Assembly: GCA_963666275.2 (NCBI GenBank)
Contig: CAXXOA010000002.1
Span: 1,632,001 to 1,696,000 of the forward strand
DNA length: 64,000 bases
Origin: Oceanispirochaeta sp.
GTDB lineage: Bacteria > Spirochaetota > Spirochaetia > DSM-2461
Direction of reading: 5' to 3'
Each line of letters starts with the position of its first letter. Position 1 is the first letter of the stretch. Positions 10,092-19,506 of this stretch are shown here, piece after piece. A program made the position numbers and the translations under genes. The notes below the pieces were generated by a model that saw only the letters and a list, made by a program, of their open reading frames with translations, did no database searches and was not told the origin of the DNA.

Positions 10092-10366
10092 TGATTCAGG
10101 CCTGGAAAATAAGAGTTCTGGGCAGAGTTCAGGGCGTGGGCTTCCGCTATTCCGCCCGTCGGGAAGCTGAGCGTCTCGGCCTTGCCGGCTGGGTCCGGAA
10201 CTCTCCTGATGGTTCGGTAGAGATTTTTGTGCAGGGAGATGATAATCCCTTGGACATTTTTTTTTCATGGCTGAACCGGGGACCTTCCTATTCTCATGTC
10301 AGGGAGGTTGTTAAGTCTCCCGGGGGTGTCCAGTCCGGTCTTTCCAGTTTTGATATTACCTTTTAG
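10091..10366 (+). CDS. acyP: Acylphosphatase
   Basis: GRVQGVGFR, GWVRN.PDGSVE, GP. TGATG overlap with the upstream gene. Confidence 0.92.
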   Translation: MIQAWKIRVLGRVQGVGFRYSARREAERLGLAGWVRNSPDGSVEIFVQGDDNPLDIFFSWLNRGPSYSHVREVVKSPGGVQSGLSSFDITF

Positions 10367-12321
10367 CTTTTCAATACAGGTGCCTTGAGAGGTATGTCCA
10401 GGGAAAATACAGTGCCCTCTCCCGAGATCTCCTCCACATTCAAAAATCCCCCGAGAATCTTTCTTGCCGTATTATAGGCAATATGAAGCCCCAGTCCGGT
10501 GCCGCCCTGTCCCATCCTGGTTGTAAAAAAAGGGTCAAATATCTTGTTTTTAATCTCCTCCGGTATCCCCCTGCCGTTATCTGTGACCTGTATCCGGCAC
10601 CACTCTTCCGTTTTTTCATCGTAGCAGCACTCTTCCGGCAGCTTGCCTGCTGATATGGTAAGAAGACCCGGTTTATTGTCTTCCCAGGCATGGAGCAGGG
10701 CGTTGGTCACGAGGTTTGTGAGGATCTGGCTGACAGGACCGGGATAACTGTTCAGGGTCAGGTCTTCTATCTCTGTGTTTATTGTGATCCCCGGGTATTT
10801 TTTTATCATCGGTGCCAGGGTAATGAGGGTATCGTCAATGAGTTTTTTCAGATGAAACTTTCTTTTTATTGAGCTGGACTGATCACTGGAGACATCTTTG
10901 AAACTTGTGACCAGTTCTGCTACCCGGGAAATATTCTTCTCTACAATATCCATTCCCGTCTTACTGGTATTGAGGTATCCTTCCAGGTCATTCCGGGTTA
11001 TTCCCTCCTGAAGTTTAAGGGAGAACTGCTCCTCTTCATCCTGCATGGCTGTGACAATCGTGACAATATTACCGATCGGAGTATTCAGTTCATGAGCCAT
11101 TCCGGCCACCATCCTCCCCAGAGAGGCGTGTTTCTCAGACTCCACAAGGACATCCTGCATCTCTGTCAGATTCTGAAGAGTCTTTTTCAGTTCTATATTG
11201 CTTGTGTTCAGCTGATCTGTCCGTTCTGCTACCCTGGACTCCAGCGCTTCATTCAGCTGGGTAAGAGACTGTTCCCGCTCTTTTATCCTGCGGGACATGA
11301 GGACCATAGTGGTTGCCAGGGTATTAAAATCCTTTGTAAGGCCAACCAGTTGATGATCCAGCTCTTCTCCTTCAGCAATTTTTTCAGCCATGATTCTCAG
11401 ATGGGTCACATACTTGATAAGACGTCGGGTACCCAGGGGTGTACTGATAAGGGCAATCAATATGAAAGAGAGGAACAGGACAATCATTCCTCTGACTGTA
11501 CTTCTTGTTTCAGGGTTATCCAGGCCGGCGGGAATCCCTACAAGGAAGATCCAGCCGAGCTTTTCGGATCTTGCTGCTGACGGATGATAGTACTGACCCT
11601 GAATATTCACGATATCGGGAAGCTCTTCTCCTCTTATGGCGTTCTGTATAAAAGGGTACCCGCTGACGTTTAAAATGCCCGAACTGGATTTCATTCCTGT
11701 ATCCACATCCAGCTCACCCTTCCCGTCAACAACCCAGACGCGGGAGTTCTGATCAGAAGCGGTTTCCACAATGTGAAGCAGATAGTCCAGGCTTATTTCT
11801 GCAATGATGGCCGTTTCTTCAGATCTGATTCCCAGTCCCACAGAAGTGTCTCCTGTAAAGGAGGAGACAAATTTATCACTCCATAGAGGATGTTCCTGAT
11901 TGTCCAGGCTGTTGTAGAGGGGGTTGTAGCTGAAATCAATTCCTTTCAGGTCTTCATGCAGGGGGTTATCATACAGCTTTGTTCCCACGCTGGTTGTGAG
12001 TCCCCGCCGGTCTATTTTGTAGAGGGCTTTTATTTGAGTCTGTGAGTTGATGATTGTATTCAGCAGCTGTCCCATTTCCTGCTCATCCATGGTCTTGCCA
12101 GCCTGCAGGATTGTTTTCAGGTTCAGTTCTATCCCGGAAAGGATCTCCTCAGTCCTTTCTGTCATATTTTTGAGAACCTCTTCCGACTGCTTATGGAGTT
12201 CATCTGCGGTTGTGACGGATCGTATAAAATACACTGAGGTTCCGGTGATCCCCAGGGTTATAACAGAAATGGCAATCATCTGCAGCAGAATGTAAGAGCG
12301 GAAAGAGACGCCTTTTTTCAT
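10363..12321 (-). CDS. Membrane sensor histidine kinase with Cache-like extracytoplasmic domain
   Basis: Two TM helices, GMAHELNTP H-box, NLVTNA N-box, DNGRGI, FDPFFTT, GTGLGL. Confidence 0.92.
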   Translation of the reverse strand: MKKGVSFRSYILLQMIAISVITLGITGTSVYFIRSVTTADELHKQSEEVLKNMTERTEEILSGIELNLKTILQAGKTMDEQEMGQLLNTIINSQTQIKALYKIDRRGLTTSVGTKLYDNPLHEDLKGIDFSYNPLYNSLDNQEHPLWSDKFVSSFTGDTSVGLGIRSEETAIIAEISLDYLLHIVETASDQNSRVWVVDGKGELDVDTGMKSSSGILNVSGYPFIQNAIRGEELPDIVNIQGQYYHPSAARSEKLGWIFLVGIPAGLDNPETRSTVRGMIVLFLSFILIALISTPLGTRRLIKYVTHLRIMAEKIAEGEELDHQLVGLTKDFNTLATTMVLMSRRIKEREQSLTQLNEALESRVAERTDQLNTSNIELKKTLQNLTEMQDVLVESEKHASLGRMVAGMAHELNTPIGNIVTIVTAMQDEEEQFSLKLQEGITRNDLEGYLNTSKTGMDIVEKNISRVAELVTSFKDVSSDQSSSIKRKFHLKKLIDDTLITLAPMIKKYPGITINTEIEDLTLNSYPGPVSQILTNLVTNALLHAWEDNKPGLLTISAGKLPEECCYDEKTEEWCRIQVTDNGRGIPEEIKNKIFDPFFTTRMGQGGTGLGLHIAYNTARKILGGFLNVEEISGEGTVFSLDIPLKAPVLKS

Positions 12322-12323
12322 AA

Positions 12324-13481
12324 TCAGGGCGCTTTCCTGAACTGCCGACCTTCTATGACGACAAAATTGGCAGTCCTCCGGCTGTCTCCGAACTCATTGA
12401 ACTGAATCGGCTGCTGCAGTCCCTGAAAGGGACTGTTTCCCAGAATGAAATCTTTGATTGGTTCTTTCCTTTCCCGTCCTTCCAGTGCCTGAAGGATGAC
12501 CATGGCGGCATCATAGGCCAGGACACTTGAAAAACCGGGGAGCTGATTGAACATCTCTCTGTACTCTCTGACAAAGTTCAGATAATCCGGCTGGTTTCCG
12601 AACTGATCATAGTTCTGAAGGATTTCAATCCCGGTCACAGCCGGCCCTCCCATTTCTATGAGCTGCTGGGTCCCCGCCCATTCCGCCGCCAGAATGGGAA
12701 TGGTTTCGCTGATCTTCCTTATCTGGGGAGCAATGCGGGCAACGTCCACCGAATTGGATATCATAATCAGCGATTGGGGATCATCTTCCAGGGATTTCGA
12801 GACAATCTCTCCCACCCTGTCTCCCCGGGCAAGATTGTATTTTACCCGGTTGACAACGGTTCCCCCCAGCTCCTCATAGCGGGTCTGGAATTGGGATGCC
12901 CAGCTTTCCGAAAAAGAGGAGTTCTGCTGATCAATCAGCATTGTGGCAGTTCTGTAGTCTCTGTGTGTAAACATCTGTTCGGCATAATCATAGGCATTGT
13001 CTCTTGTACTTGAATTGATCGTGATCAGGTTGTCGTCTTTTCCATGGAGATGATACGCCGAAGCAGTGGGTGTTATCACAAGGAGACCCGACGCCGAAGC
13101 TATCTGAACCACTCTTTCAGTGAGAGTCGTCGTAAAAGGTCCGATTATGACTGAAACATCCTTTGATATCAGATCTTTTGTCGCTATTTCGGCAGAGGCT
13201 ACTTCATTTTCATCATCCCTGATGAGAAGTTCCACCGGAGTGCCGTTCAGGCCGCCTTTGCTGTTATACCTGGTTACCGCCAGGAGTATTCCATTGCGCC
13301 CGGATTCTCCCAGATCGGCATTTCCTCCCGAAAGGCCTGCGATTACACCGATTTTAACAGCATCTCCCCTGCTGCCGCAGGAGGAAAGAAGCAGAATGAG
13401 GAGCAGCGGTATGACCCGTATGAGCCCTTTCGGGGGAGAGAGGTGAAATCTTATAGATTTTCTGTCCTGTTTTTCAGCCAT
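12324..13481 (-). CDS. LivJ/branched-chain-type substrate-binding lipoprotein
   Basis: Lipobox LLSSC; KIGVIAGLSG, GGLNG..VEL..RDD, IIGP, AYDAA, F.GL...I.F...GD. Confidence 0.88.
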   Translation of the reverse strand: MAEKQDRKSIRFHLSPPKGLIRVIPLLLILLLSSCGSRGDAVKIGVIAGLSGGNADLGESGRNGILLAVTRYNSKGGLNGTPVELLIRDDENEVASAEIATKDLISKDVSVIIGPFTTTLTERVVQIASASGLLVITPTASAYHLHGKDDNLITINSSTRDNAYDYAEQMFTHRDYRTATMLIDQQNSSFSESWASQFQTRYEELGGTVVNRVKYNLARGDRVGEIVSKSLEDDPQSLIMISNSVDVARIAPQIRKISETIPILAAEWAGTQQLIEMGGPAVTGIEILQNYDQFGNQPDYLNFVREYREMFNQLPGFSSVLAYDAAMVILQALEGRERKEPIKDFILGNSPFQGLQQPIQFNEFGDSRRTANFVVIEGRQFRKAP

Positions 13482-15691
13482 TGCAGAAGATCCTCCAGTT
13501 CCATGGGTTTTCCCAGGAAATATCCCTGAACTTCATGGCATCCCAGGTCTTTCAGTTTCTTCATCTGCCATTCCGTTTCCACACCTTCCGCCAGAACCTG
13601 CAGAGAGAGATTCTGGCCCAGGGGGATTATAAGGTCCACCAGCCTGACGTCCTCTTTCCCGTCTTCAATATTGCTGATAAAGGATTTGTCTATTTTCAGT
13701 CTGTTCACCGGCCACTGATCGATAGAAGACAGAGAGGAGTATCCTGTACCGAAATCATCGATTGCCAGACTGACACCTCTTTCTCTTATAGCTCCCAGGA
13801 GTTTCAGAATTTCATCTTCCCCCATGATGGCTATGGATTCTGTGATTTCTATTTCCAGAAAGGAAGGGTCGATTTCTATTTCAGAGAGCGCGGCATCCAG
13901 ATTCTGGAGGAAATTCTGGTGTCTCAGCTGCATGGCCGAAACATTCACAGCCATTTTCAGATCAGGATAGCCATTCTGATGGATCTTTTTCAGAGAATTC
14001 AGCGCCATCCTCAGGACCCAGAATCCGATGGGGATGATCAGTCCTGACTGCTCTGCCAGAGGGATGAATCTGTCGGGAGGAATAAACTGACCATCCGGAT
14101 TTTTCCATCTCAGGAGGGCTTCAAAACTGTATACTTTTCCTGTTGCCAGATTGGCCTGGGGCTGGAACATAAGGAACAGTTTTTTTTCTGAGAATGCCCC
14201 TCTCAGATTATGAAGAAGGAGAATGCGTTCTCTCGTTTCAAAACCGATCTTCTGGTTGTAGGTTACTATCTTTCCGAACCCGTCGGCTTTTGCCCTTTTC
14301 AGAGCCAGATAGCCGTTCCGCAGGACATCCGAACCGGAGGGGGATTCTGTGAGAATATCCACAATCCCGATTGTCAGAGACAGCTCCCTTTCGCCGTCCT
14401 GAGTGGATATGGTCACTGACGAGAGGGTTTCCTGCAAATCCTGAGTCAGCGAGGACTTCTCCATGATGATACCGAAAATATCCGCTCCTATCCTGGCCAG
14501 ATAGGCATTGTCCCCGATGATCTGAAGAAGTCTGTCTTTCAGTGACAGCAGGATCTGATCTCCATAATCATGTCCCAGAAGGTCATTGATCTGATGGAAT
14601 CCGTCAATATCCAGGATCAGAAGGCACCTGCCTTCATTTTCCTTCTCTCTCAATAGTGTTGAGATTTTATCAAGAAGGGCCAGCATATTGGGTATATCCA
14701 GAGTCGGATCTACCCAGGCCTGACGTTTGAGCCGGCTCACCAGTTCAATATTGCTGGCACTCAGGGAAAGGTTGGTGCAGAAAATTTCGAGCAGCCTGTT
14801 ATCTTCCTCATTGAGAGTTTTGGGAGAATCGATCCAGGTGGAATACTGCATCCCCGAGGGCTCCTCAAAATAGACCGTCAGACTCTCCCTATCAATCAGA
14901 TTCTGCTTGTTCTTCAGAGACTGCTTAATACAATCCCTTATGTGGGCATCTTCAATATCACTGATATTATGGTGGATCAGATGCCTGTAGCTGCCTGCTG
15001 CAGCGATCACCCGGCAGTTGCTGTTGAAGCAGACGGGATCATTCTCCTGATCGTCGCTCCGTTTATAGGATGTGCAGAGAATCCCGTCCGAATCCAGGCC
15101 GAAAAGGCTGGCAATCTGTGTCACCACACCTTCCGCAAAGGTTTCAAGCCCTTCCTGAACGATCAGTTCATTGCTGGCTTCTATGATTTTTTCCAGCCCC
15201 ATCCTGCTGTTGTCCAGCCGGTTGATCTGTTCCCATGATCTGAGAGCGGAAAAAAGGGTGGTGATCAGTTTGGTTTTTGTCAGTTCACTCTTGGTTTTGT
15301 AGTCATTGATGTCAAATCTTGTAATCGTCTCCAGCTCGGGGACCTGTCCGGGCTGTCCGGTTCTGAGGATGATTCTGACCGCATCCATTTTAAGGACTTC
15401 CCGGATATATTTTACAGCGTTCAGTCCTGCATCATCGGTTTCCATGACCGCATCCATCAGGACTGTCGCAATCTGGGGATTGTTCTTGAGATATTCCACG
15501 GATTCCGCTCCGCTGTAGGCATGGTGAAACTTCAGCGGGCGATCCAGAATTATGGCATCCCTGAGAGCAAATTCCGTGACATCATGAACATCCTGGTCGT
15601 CATCGACAATCAGAATATGCCAGGGAGGTCGGCTCAACATCGGATTGGGCTCTTTTTTTTCTTTTTTGAATACTAAAGGTCTATCTTTCAT
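13451..15691 (-). CDS. REC-DUF3369-GGDEF(degenerate)-EAL c-di-GMP phosphodiesterase
   Basis: ILIVDDD/LRTGQPG receiver; DID.F..INDLLGH..GD with GADIF in place of GGDEF; EAL, EITE, DDFGTGYSS, KIDKSF, EGVET, QGY. Confidence 0.9.
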   Translation of the reverse strand: MKDRPLVFKKEKKEPNPMLSRPPWHILIVDDDQDVHDVTEFALRDAIILDRPLKFHHAYSGAESVEYLKNNPQIATVLMDAVMETDDAGLNAVKYIREVLKMDAVRIILRTGQPGQVPELETITRFDINDYKTKSELTKTKLITTLFSALRSWEQINRLDNSRMGLEKIIEASNELIVQEGLETFAEGVVTQIASLFGLDSDGILCTSYKRSDDQENDPVCFNSNCRVIAAAGSYRHLIHHNISDIEDAHIRDCIKQSLKNKQNLIDRESLTVYFEEPSGMQYSTWIDSPKTLNEEDNRLLEIFCTNLSLSASNIELVSRLKRQAWVDPTLDIPNMLALLDKISTLLREKENEGRCLLILDIDGFHQINDLLGHDYGDQILLSLKDRLLQIIGDNAYLARIGADIFGIIMEKSSLTQDLQETLSSVTISTQDGERELSLTIGIVDILTESPSGSDVLRNGYLALKRAKADGFGKIVTYNQKIGFETRERILLLHNLRGAFSEKKLFLMFQPQANLATGKVYSFEALLRWKNPDGQFIPPDRFIPLAEQSGLIIPIGFWVLRMALNSLKKIHQNGYPDLKMAVNVSAMQLRHQNFLQNLDAALSEIEIDPSFLEIEITESIAIMGEDEILKLLGAIRERGVSLAIDDFGTGYSSLSSIDQWPVNRLKIDKSFISNIEDGKEDVRLVDLIIPLGQNLSLQVLAEGVETEWQMKKLKDLGCHEVQGYFLGKPMELEDLLQWLKNRTENL

Positions 15692-15849
15692 AGTTGTAAA
15701 TGTCCTTTAGAATTGTAATACAGCCATGGCCTTTTTACAAAAAAGCAGAGCCTTTTTTGCTGTGAAACAGATTTTTTTCCGATATTGGAGGTATGGGCCT
15801 GAGGGAGAGATTCTTCTTTACGCGGTCTTATGAGGGAGTTTTAAAAATT

Positions 15850-16800
15850 ATGTTCCAAAATCTGCTTAAATCCGTTATTTTAATTCTGCTTTTTTCGGCT
15901 CTGTTCGGTTGTACCTCTCTGGATCTGATCCTTCAGGAGCCCCGGGTTGTGGATACTTCTGTGACCGTGACGGATCTGTCTTTCACGACAATCACACTGA
16001 TGGCGGATATCACCCTCTATAATCCCAACAAGGTCTCCCTGGACCTTAAGAGCTTTGCCTACAGTCTGGACCTGGAGGGCGTCTCTCTCTTTTCCGGAGA
16101 GAATGCGGAGGGACTCTCACTGGGGGCTGAAGCAGCATCTCACATAAAAATACCCCTTACCCTGGCATACAGGGATATTTTTGCACTCCCCGGTGCCCTG
16201 GAAGGGAAGAACCAGGCGGAGTATGCATTCAATGGGGATTTTTCCTTTACTCTTCCTGTGGCAGGTGATATCACACTTCCGGCCCGGAAGGAGGGGACTT
16301 TTCCTCTGGTTCGGCTGCCCCGGTTCCGCTTTGTCAGCCTCAAGGTTGTAGACCTGGGGATGATGGGGGCGGACATCGATATCCTGATGGAAACGGAAAA
16401 CCCCAACAGCTTCGCCCTGAATCAGAAAGGATTCGAAGGGGAACTGATTGTGAACAATGAGCGCTGGGCTTCACTGTCTCTGCCGGAGGAGCAGACAATT
16501 GAAGCGGGAGAGAAAGGGCAAACCATGTTCCGGATCCGCCTGGAGTTCCTCTCAATGGGAAAAACCGTCAGGGATCTCCTTTCGGGGGAGAAAACTCTCT
16601 ACTACTCTTTTCCTGGGTTTGTCGGTTTAGGGGGAGATCTGGAAATGCTTGACCTGGAATCCCTGGATCTGGATCTGTCCGGAGAGATCGAGCTGAACAA
16701 ACCGGATACCACCACCGAAGGGCGGCACAGTTCTGAAAAAATCGAGGGGTCCATTGAGGACAATCTGATTCACCTTTTCGGGAACTATCAGGCTCCCTAA
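15850..16800 (+). CDS. LEA type-2 (WHy) tandem-domain lipoprotein
   Basis: Lipobox LFGC and two NPN motifs (YNPNK, ENPNS). Start placed at ATG 15850 behind GGGAG. Confidence 0.75.
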   Translation: MFQNLLKSVILILLFSALFGCTSLDLILQEPRVVDTSVTVTDLSFTTITLMADITLYNPNKVSLDLKSFAYSLDLEGVSLFSGENAEGLSLGAEAASHIKIPLTLAYRDIFALPGALEGKNQAEYAFNGDFSFTLPVAGDITLPARKEGTFPLVRLPRFRFVSLKVVDLGMMGADIDILMETENPNSFALNQKGFEGELIVNNERWASLSLPEEQTIEAGEKGQTMFRIRLEFLSMGKTVRDLLSGEKTLYYSFPGFVGLGGDLEMLDLESLDLDLSGEIELNKPDTTTEGRHSSEKIEGSIEDNLIHLFGNYQAP

Positions 16801-16806
16801 GAAGTA

Positions 16807-16865
16807 GATGAGACTAATAATATTATGAAAACCTATTGACTTAAGTTAATAGGGGTTAATATAAT
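16807..16865 (+). promoter_or_regulatory. Sigma70 promoter with upstream AT-rich Fur-box-like site
   Basis: TTGACT (16836-41), 18 bp, TATAAT (16860-65). ATGAGACTAATAATATTAT upstream. Confidence 0.55.
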
Positions 16866-16894
16866 GCTCCTGTAATACCATTTCGGGAGTACTT

Positions 16895-17245
16895 ATGAAG
16901 GTGTTTCTCCATCACATCTATGAATTGAAGAAAGGTTTGAGAAGGCTCGTCCTCCATACCTGCCCGGCAGAGGATATCTGCTTTGTGGAACAGAAACTGA
17001 ATAGGGAGGGGATCCCTTTTCTTAGCTGTCAGGTCAGTGAGAAGAAATTCAACGTTTTTTTCGGTGACCCTCTGTGCATCTCTGTTTTAAAAGAGTTCTC
17101 CACGCTGGCTCTAAACGAGCTGAGTGACCAGGAAGATTTTATCCTGGGGACCCTTCTCGGCTATGATCTGAAAATTCAGTGTTCCCGGTTTCTGGATAAA
17201 GTCCGGACCGGAAGAGAAAAGCATCTGACAGCTTGTACCGCCTGA
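16895..17245 (+). CDS. DUF2023 family protein
   Basis: HHIYELKKGLR.LVL.T, NVFFG..CI, L..LS..EDFILG.LLGYD...QC.R; upstream of flavodoxin. Confidence 0.85.
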   Translation: MKVFLHHIYELKKGLRRLVLHTCPAEDICFVEQKLNREGIPFLSCQVSEKKFNVFFGDPLCISVLKEFSTLALNELSDQEDFILGTLLGYDLKIQCSRFLDKVRTGREKHLTACTA

Positions 17246-17263
17246 AAAATGAAGGAGTTTTAT

Positions 17264-17749
17264 ATGACATTGATCATTTTCGGTTCAACCACCGGCAATA
17301 CTGAAGCAGCGGCGGAAAAAATCGCTGCCCGTCTGGAAGAGGATACTAAAGTTTTCTCTGTTGCTCAGGTTTCGAACAATGACCTTGAGGAAGCGGATTT
17401 TCTGATCCTGGGAACATCCACATGGGGATTTGGAGACATTCAGGATGACTGGGAAGAGGGGCTCTCCAAGCTGGATAATGCTGATATTTCGGGCAAGCCG
17501 GCAGCTCTCTTCGGTCTGGGGGATCAGGAAGGCTATCCTGATACCTTTGTTGATGGAATGCTGCCCCTGAAGGAAGCCCTTATCCGGAACGGAGCCGTTC
17601 TGAAGGGGACCTGGTCAACCGAAGGATACAATTTTGAACACTCTGCTGCCTGCTCGGAAGATACCTTCCCCGGGCTGGCCCTGGATGAAGATAATCAGAG
17701 CGATCTGACCGATCAGAGAATTTCTGACTGGATCAGTTTGCTTCGATAG
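17264..17749 (+). CDS. fldA: Long-chain flavodoxin
   Basis: GSTTGNTE, LGTSTWG.G, FGLGDQ.GY.DTF.D, GLALDEDNQ. AAGGAG RBS. Confidence 0.93.
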   Translation: MTLIIFGSTTGNTEAAAEKIAARLEEDTKVFSVAQVSNNDLEEADFLILGTSTWGFGDIQDDWEEGLSKLDNADISGKPAALFGLGDQEGYPDTFVDGMLPLKEALIRNGAVLKGTWSTEGYNFEHSAACSEDTFPGLALDEDNQSDLTDQRISDWISLLR

Positions 17750-17766
17750 AGTTTATACCCCCTTTC

Positions 17767-17807
17767 GGGCTGTCCCCCTCTCTGCCGGAGGGGGCAGCCC
17801 TTTTTTT
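17767..17807 (+). terminator. Intrinsic terminator
   Basis: GGGCTGTCCCCCTC-loop-GAGGGGGCAGCCC followed by T7. Confidence 0.85.
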
Positions 17808-17895
17808 CTGTTTACAGAGAACAACTGATCGCGTATTATACTGCTATTGATTTCCGGATCAAATCCCGGGAAACCGTGTCTTTAAGGAGTTTAAG

Positions 17896-18201
17896 GTGAA
17901 AAAGTGCCAGTTTCTTTTCCTCTGTGTTCTGTTGTCGGCCCTGCTGATTTCCTGCACGCCCGGAGCGAACGGGTTGGAAGGTACCTCTCCCGGTGCAGGG
18001 GATCCTGCCGGCTTCCTGATGGGGATCTGGCACGGGGCTATCTCATTTTTTACCTTTATACTCTCTCTGTTCAACAAAGAAATATCAGTTTATGAAGTGC
18101 ATAATAACGGGGGTTGGTATAACTTCGGTTTTATTATGGGAATCCTGATGGCCTACGGAGGCAGCGGAAGGGGAGCCGGTTGTGGAAAACGGCGCAGATA
18201 G
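17896..18201 (+). CDS. Small membrane lipoprotein, hypothetical
   Basis: AAGGAG RBS, GTG start, lipobox LISC, AGF..G.WHG and YEVHNNG.WYNFGF motifs. Confidence 0.7.
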   Translation: MKKCQFLFLCVLLSALLISCTPGANGLEGTSPGAGDPAGFLMGIWHGAISFFTFILSLFNKEISVYEVHNNGGWYNFGFIMGILMAYGGSGRGAGCGKRRR

Positions 18202-19396
18202 GGCATGGGAGCCCTCCCGCATCAGCAGTGATCCTGGACCGAGGCTGTCTTTTCCGGCCGGACTGAAATCCGGCGGGGTCTCTCCCGCCTTTGATATGCA
18301 CTGTCATATTTTCAACAAAGACTATGTCCCCGACAGGTTCCTGAGGATCAAGCTTCCCATGAAAGACTGGTTCCTCGGGGGAGCCGAATGGTTTCTGCAC
18401 AGAATCATAGGCTCCCGGGATACGGATAAACTCAGTTCTCTGGCCTATTTTCTGGATATTATTGCCGAAAAGGAGATGGAGAATATTGCCCTCCGGGTTC
18501 TCGGTTACTATGAAAACCATGCTCTTTTCGGTCCGGACACAGTGATTTGTCCTCTTATGATGGATTTTCAGCCCCGGACGGGAGACGGCATAAAGGGAAA
18601 GACAAAGAAGGATTTTCCCCGGCAGATTGATGAAATCAAAGCCCTTACGGATAAATATCCCGGCCGGATCCTGCCTTTCCTGGCCATAGATCCCCGAAGA
18701 CCCCGGGTGCTGGAAGATATTTTTCTGCCGGCCTTTGAATCCTCCTGCTTCGGCGGGGTAAAACTCTATCCCTCCCTGGGATACCTTCCCTCCCATCCCG
18801 TCCTTCTCAACATGTATGAGATCTGCGAAGAAAAGAATATCCCCGTCACTGTCCACTGCGGTACGGGAAGTGTCCGTTCCTCCCGGGCCCATCTCAGGAA
18901 CATTCCGGGACTGCGGTACGATCGGAACAATCCTGAAGCTCCGGCAGAGATGGGTGAGGAAAGCCGGTGGCTCCTGAGCAAAGCCGCCTTTGCCGAATAT
19001 TTCAATCATCCCGACAGATGGCGGCCTGTGATGGAACGATTTCCCCGGCTGCGGCTGAATCTGGCACATTTCGGCAGTACCCTTCAGTGGGAGAAGTTCC
19101 TGAAAGGAAAAAGCAATACCTGGCCTTCCAGAATCATCGACCTGATCTACCGTTACCCCCATGTGTATACGGATATCTCCTACAATATCTGTGCTTCCGC
19201 CCAGTATGCCCCCTTGAGGGAACTCCTTTTAAGAAATCCCCGGCTCCGGGAGAGGGTGCTGTACGGATCGGATTACTTCATGGTTGTAAAAGAGGGGCAT
19301 TTCCGCACTATGCTGGCTGAGTTCACCACAGCTATGGGAGAAGAGCTGATGACGCAGCTGAACAGAAGAAACCCTGCTGAGTTTCTGGGGTTGTAA
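18182..19396 (+). CDS. Metal-dependent amidohydrolase (amidohydrolase_2-like)
   Basis: DMHCH, GVKLYP..GY.P, PVTVHC, NLAHFG, YTDIS, YGSDY. Confidence 0.85.
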   Translation: MENGADRAWEPSRISSDPGPRLSFPAGLKSGGVSPAFDMHCHIFNKDYVPDRFLRIKLPMKDWFLGGAEWFLHRIIGSRDTDKLSSLAYFLDIIAEKEMENIALRVLGYYENHALFGPDTVICPLMMDFQPRTGDGIKGKTKKDFPRQIDEIKALTDKYPGRILPFLAIDPRRPRVLEDIFLPAFESSCFGGVKLYPSLGYLPSHPVLLNMYEICEEKNIPVTVHCGTGSVRSSRAHLRNIPGLRYDRNNPEAPAEMGEESRWLLSKAAFAEYFNHPDRWRPVMERFPRLRLNLAHFGSTLQWEKFLKGKSNTWPSRIIDLIYRYPHVYTDISYNICASAQYAPLRELLLRNPRLRERVLYGSDYFMVVKEGHFRTMLAEFTTAMGEELMTQLNRRNPAEFLGL

Positions 19397-19438
19397 AGGC
19401 TCTGACACAGAAATCCTGGCGTAATTGACTGAAAATGC

Positions 19439-19467
19439 TTGACCGGAAAACTATACGGTCTTAATAT
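19439..19467 (+). promoter_or_regulatory. Promoter of the MFS gene with overlapping inverted repeat
   Basis: TTGACC-17 bp-TAATAT; GACCG-N10-CGGTC at 19441-19460. Confidence 0.5.
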
Positions 19468-19506
19468 CAGACAATATAACTATAATGATTTACCGGAGAT
19501 GCCGGA

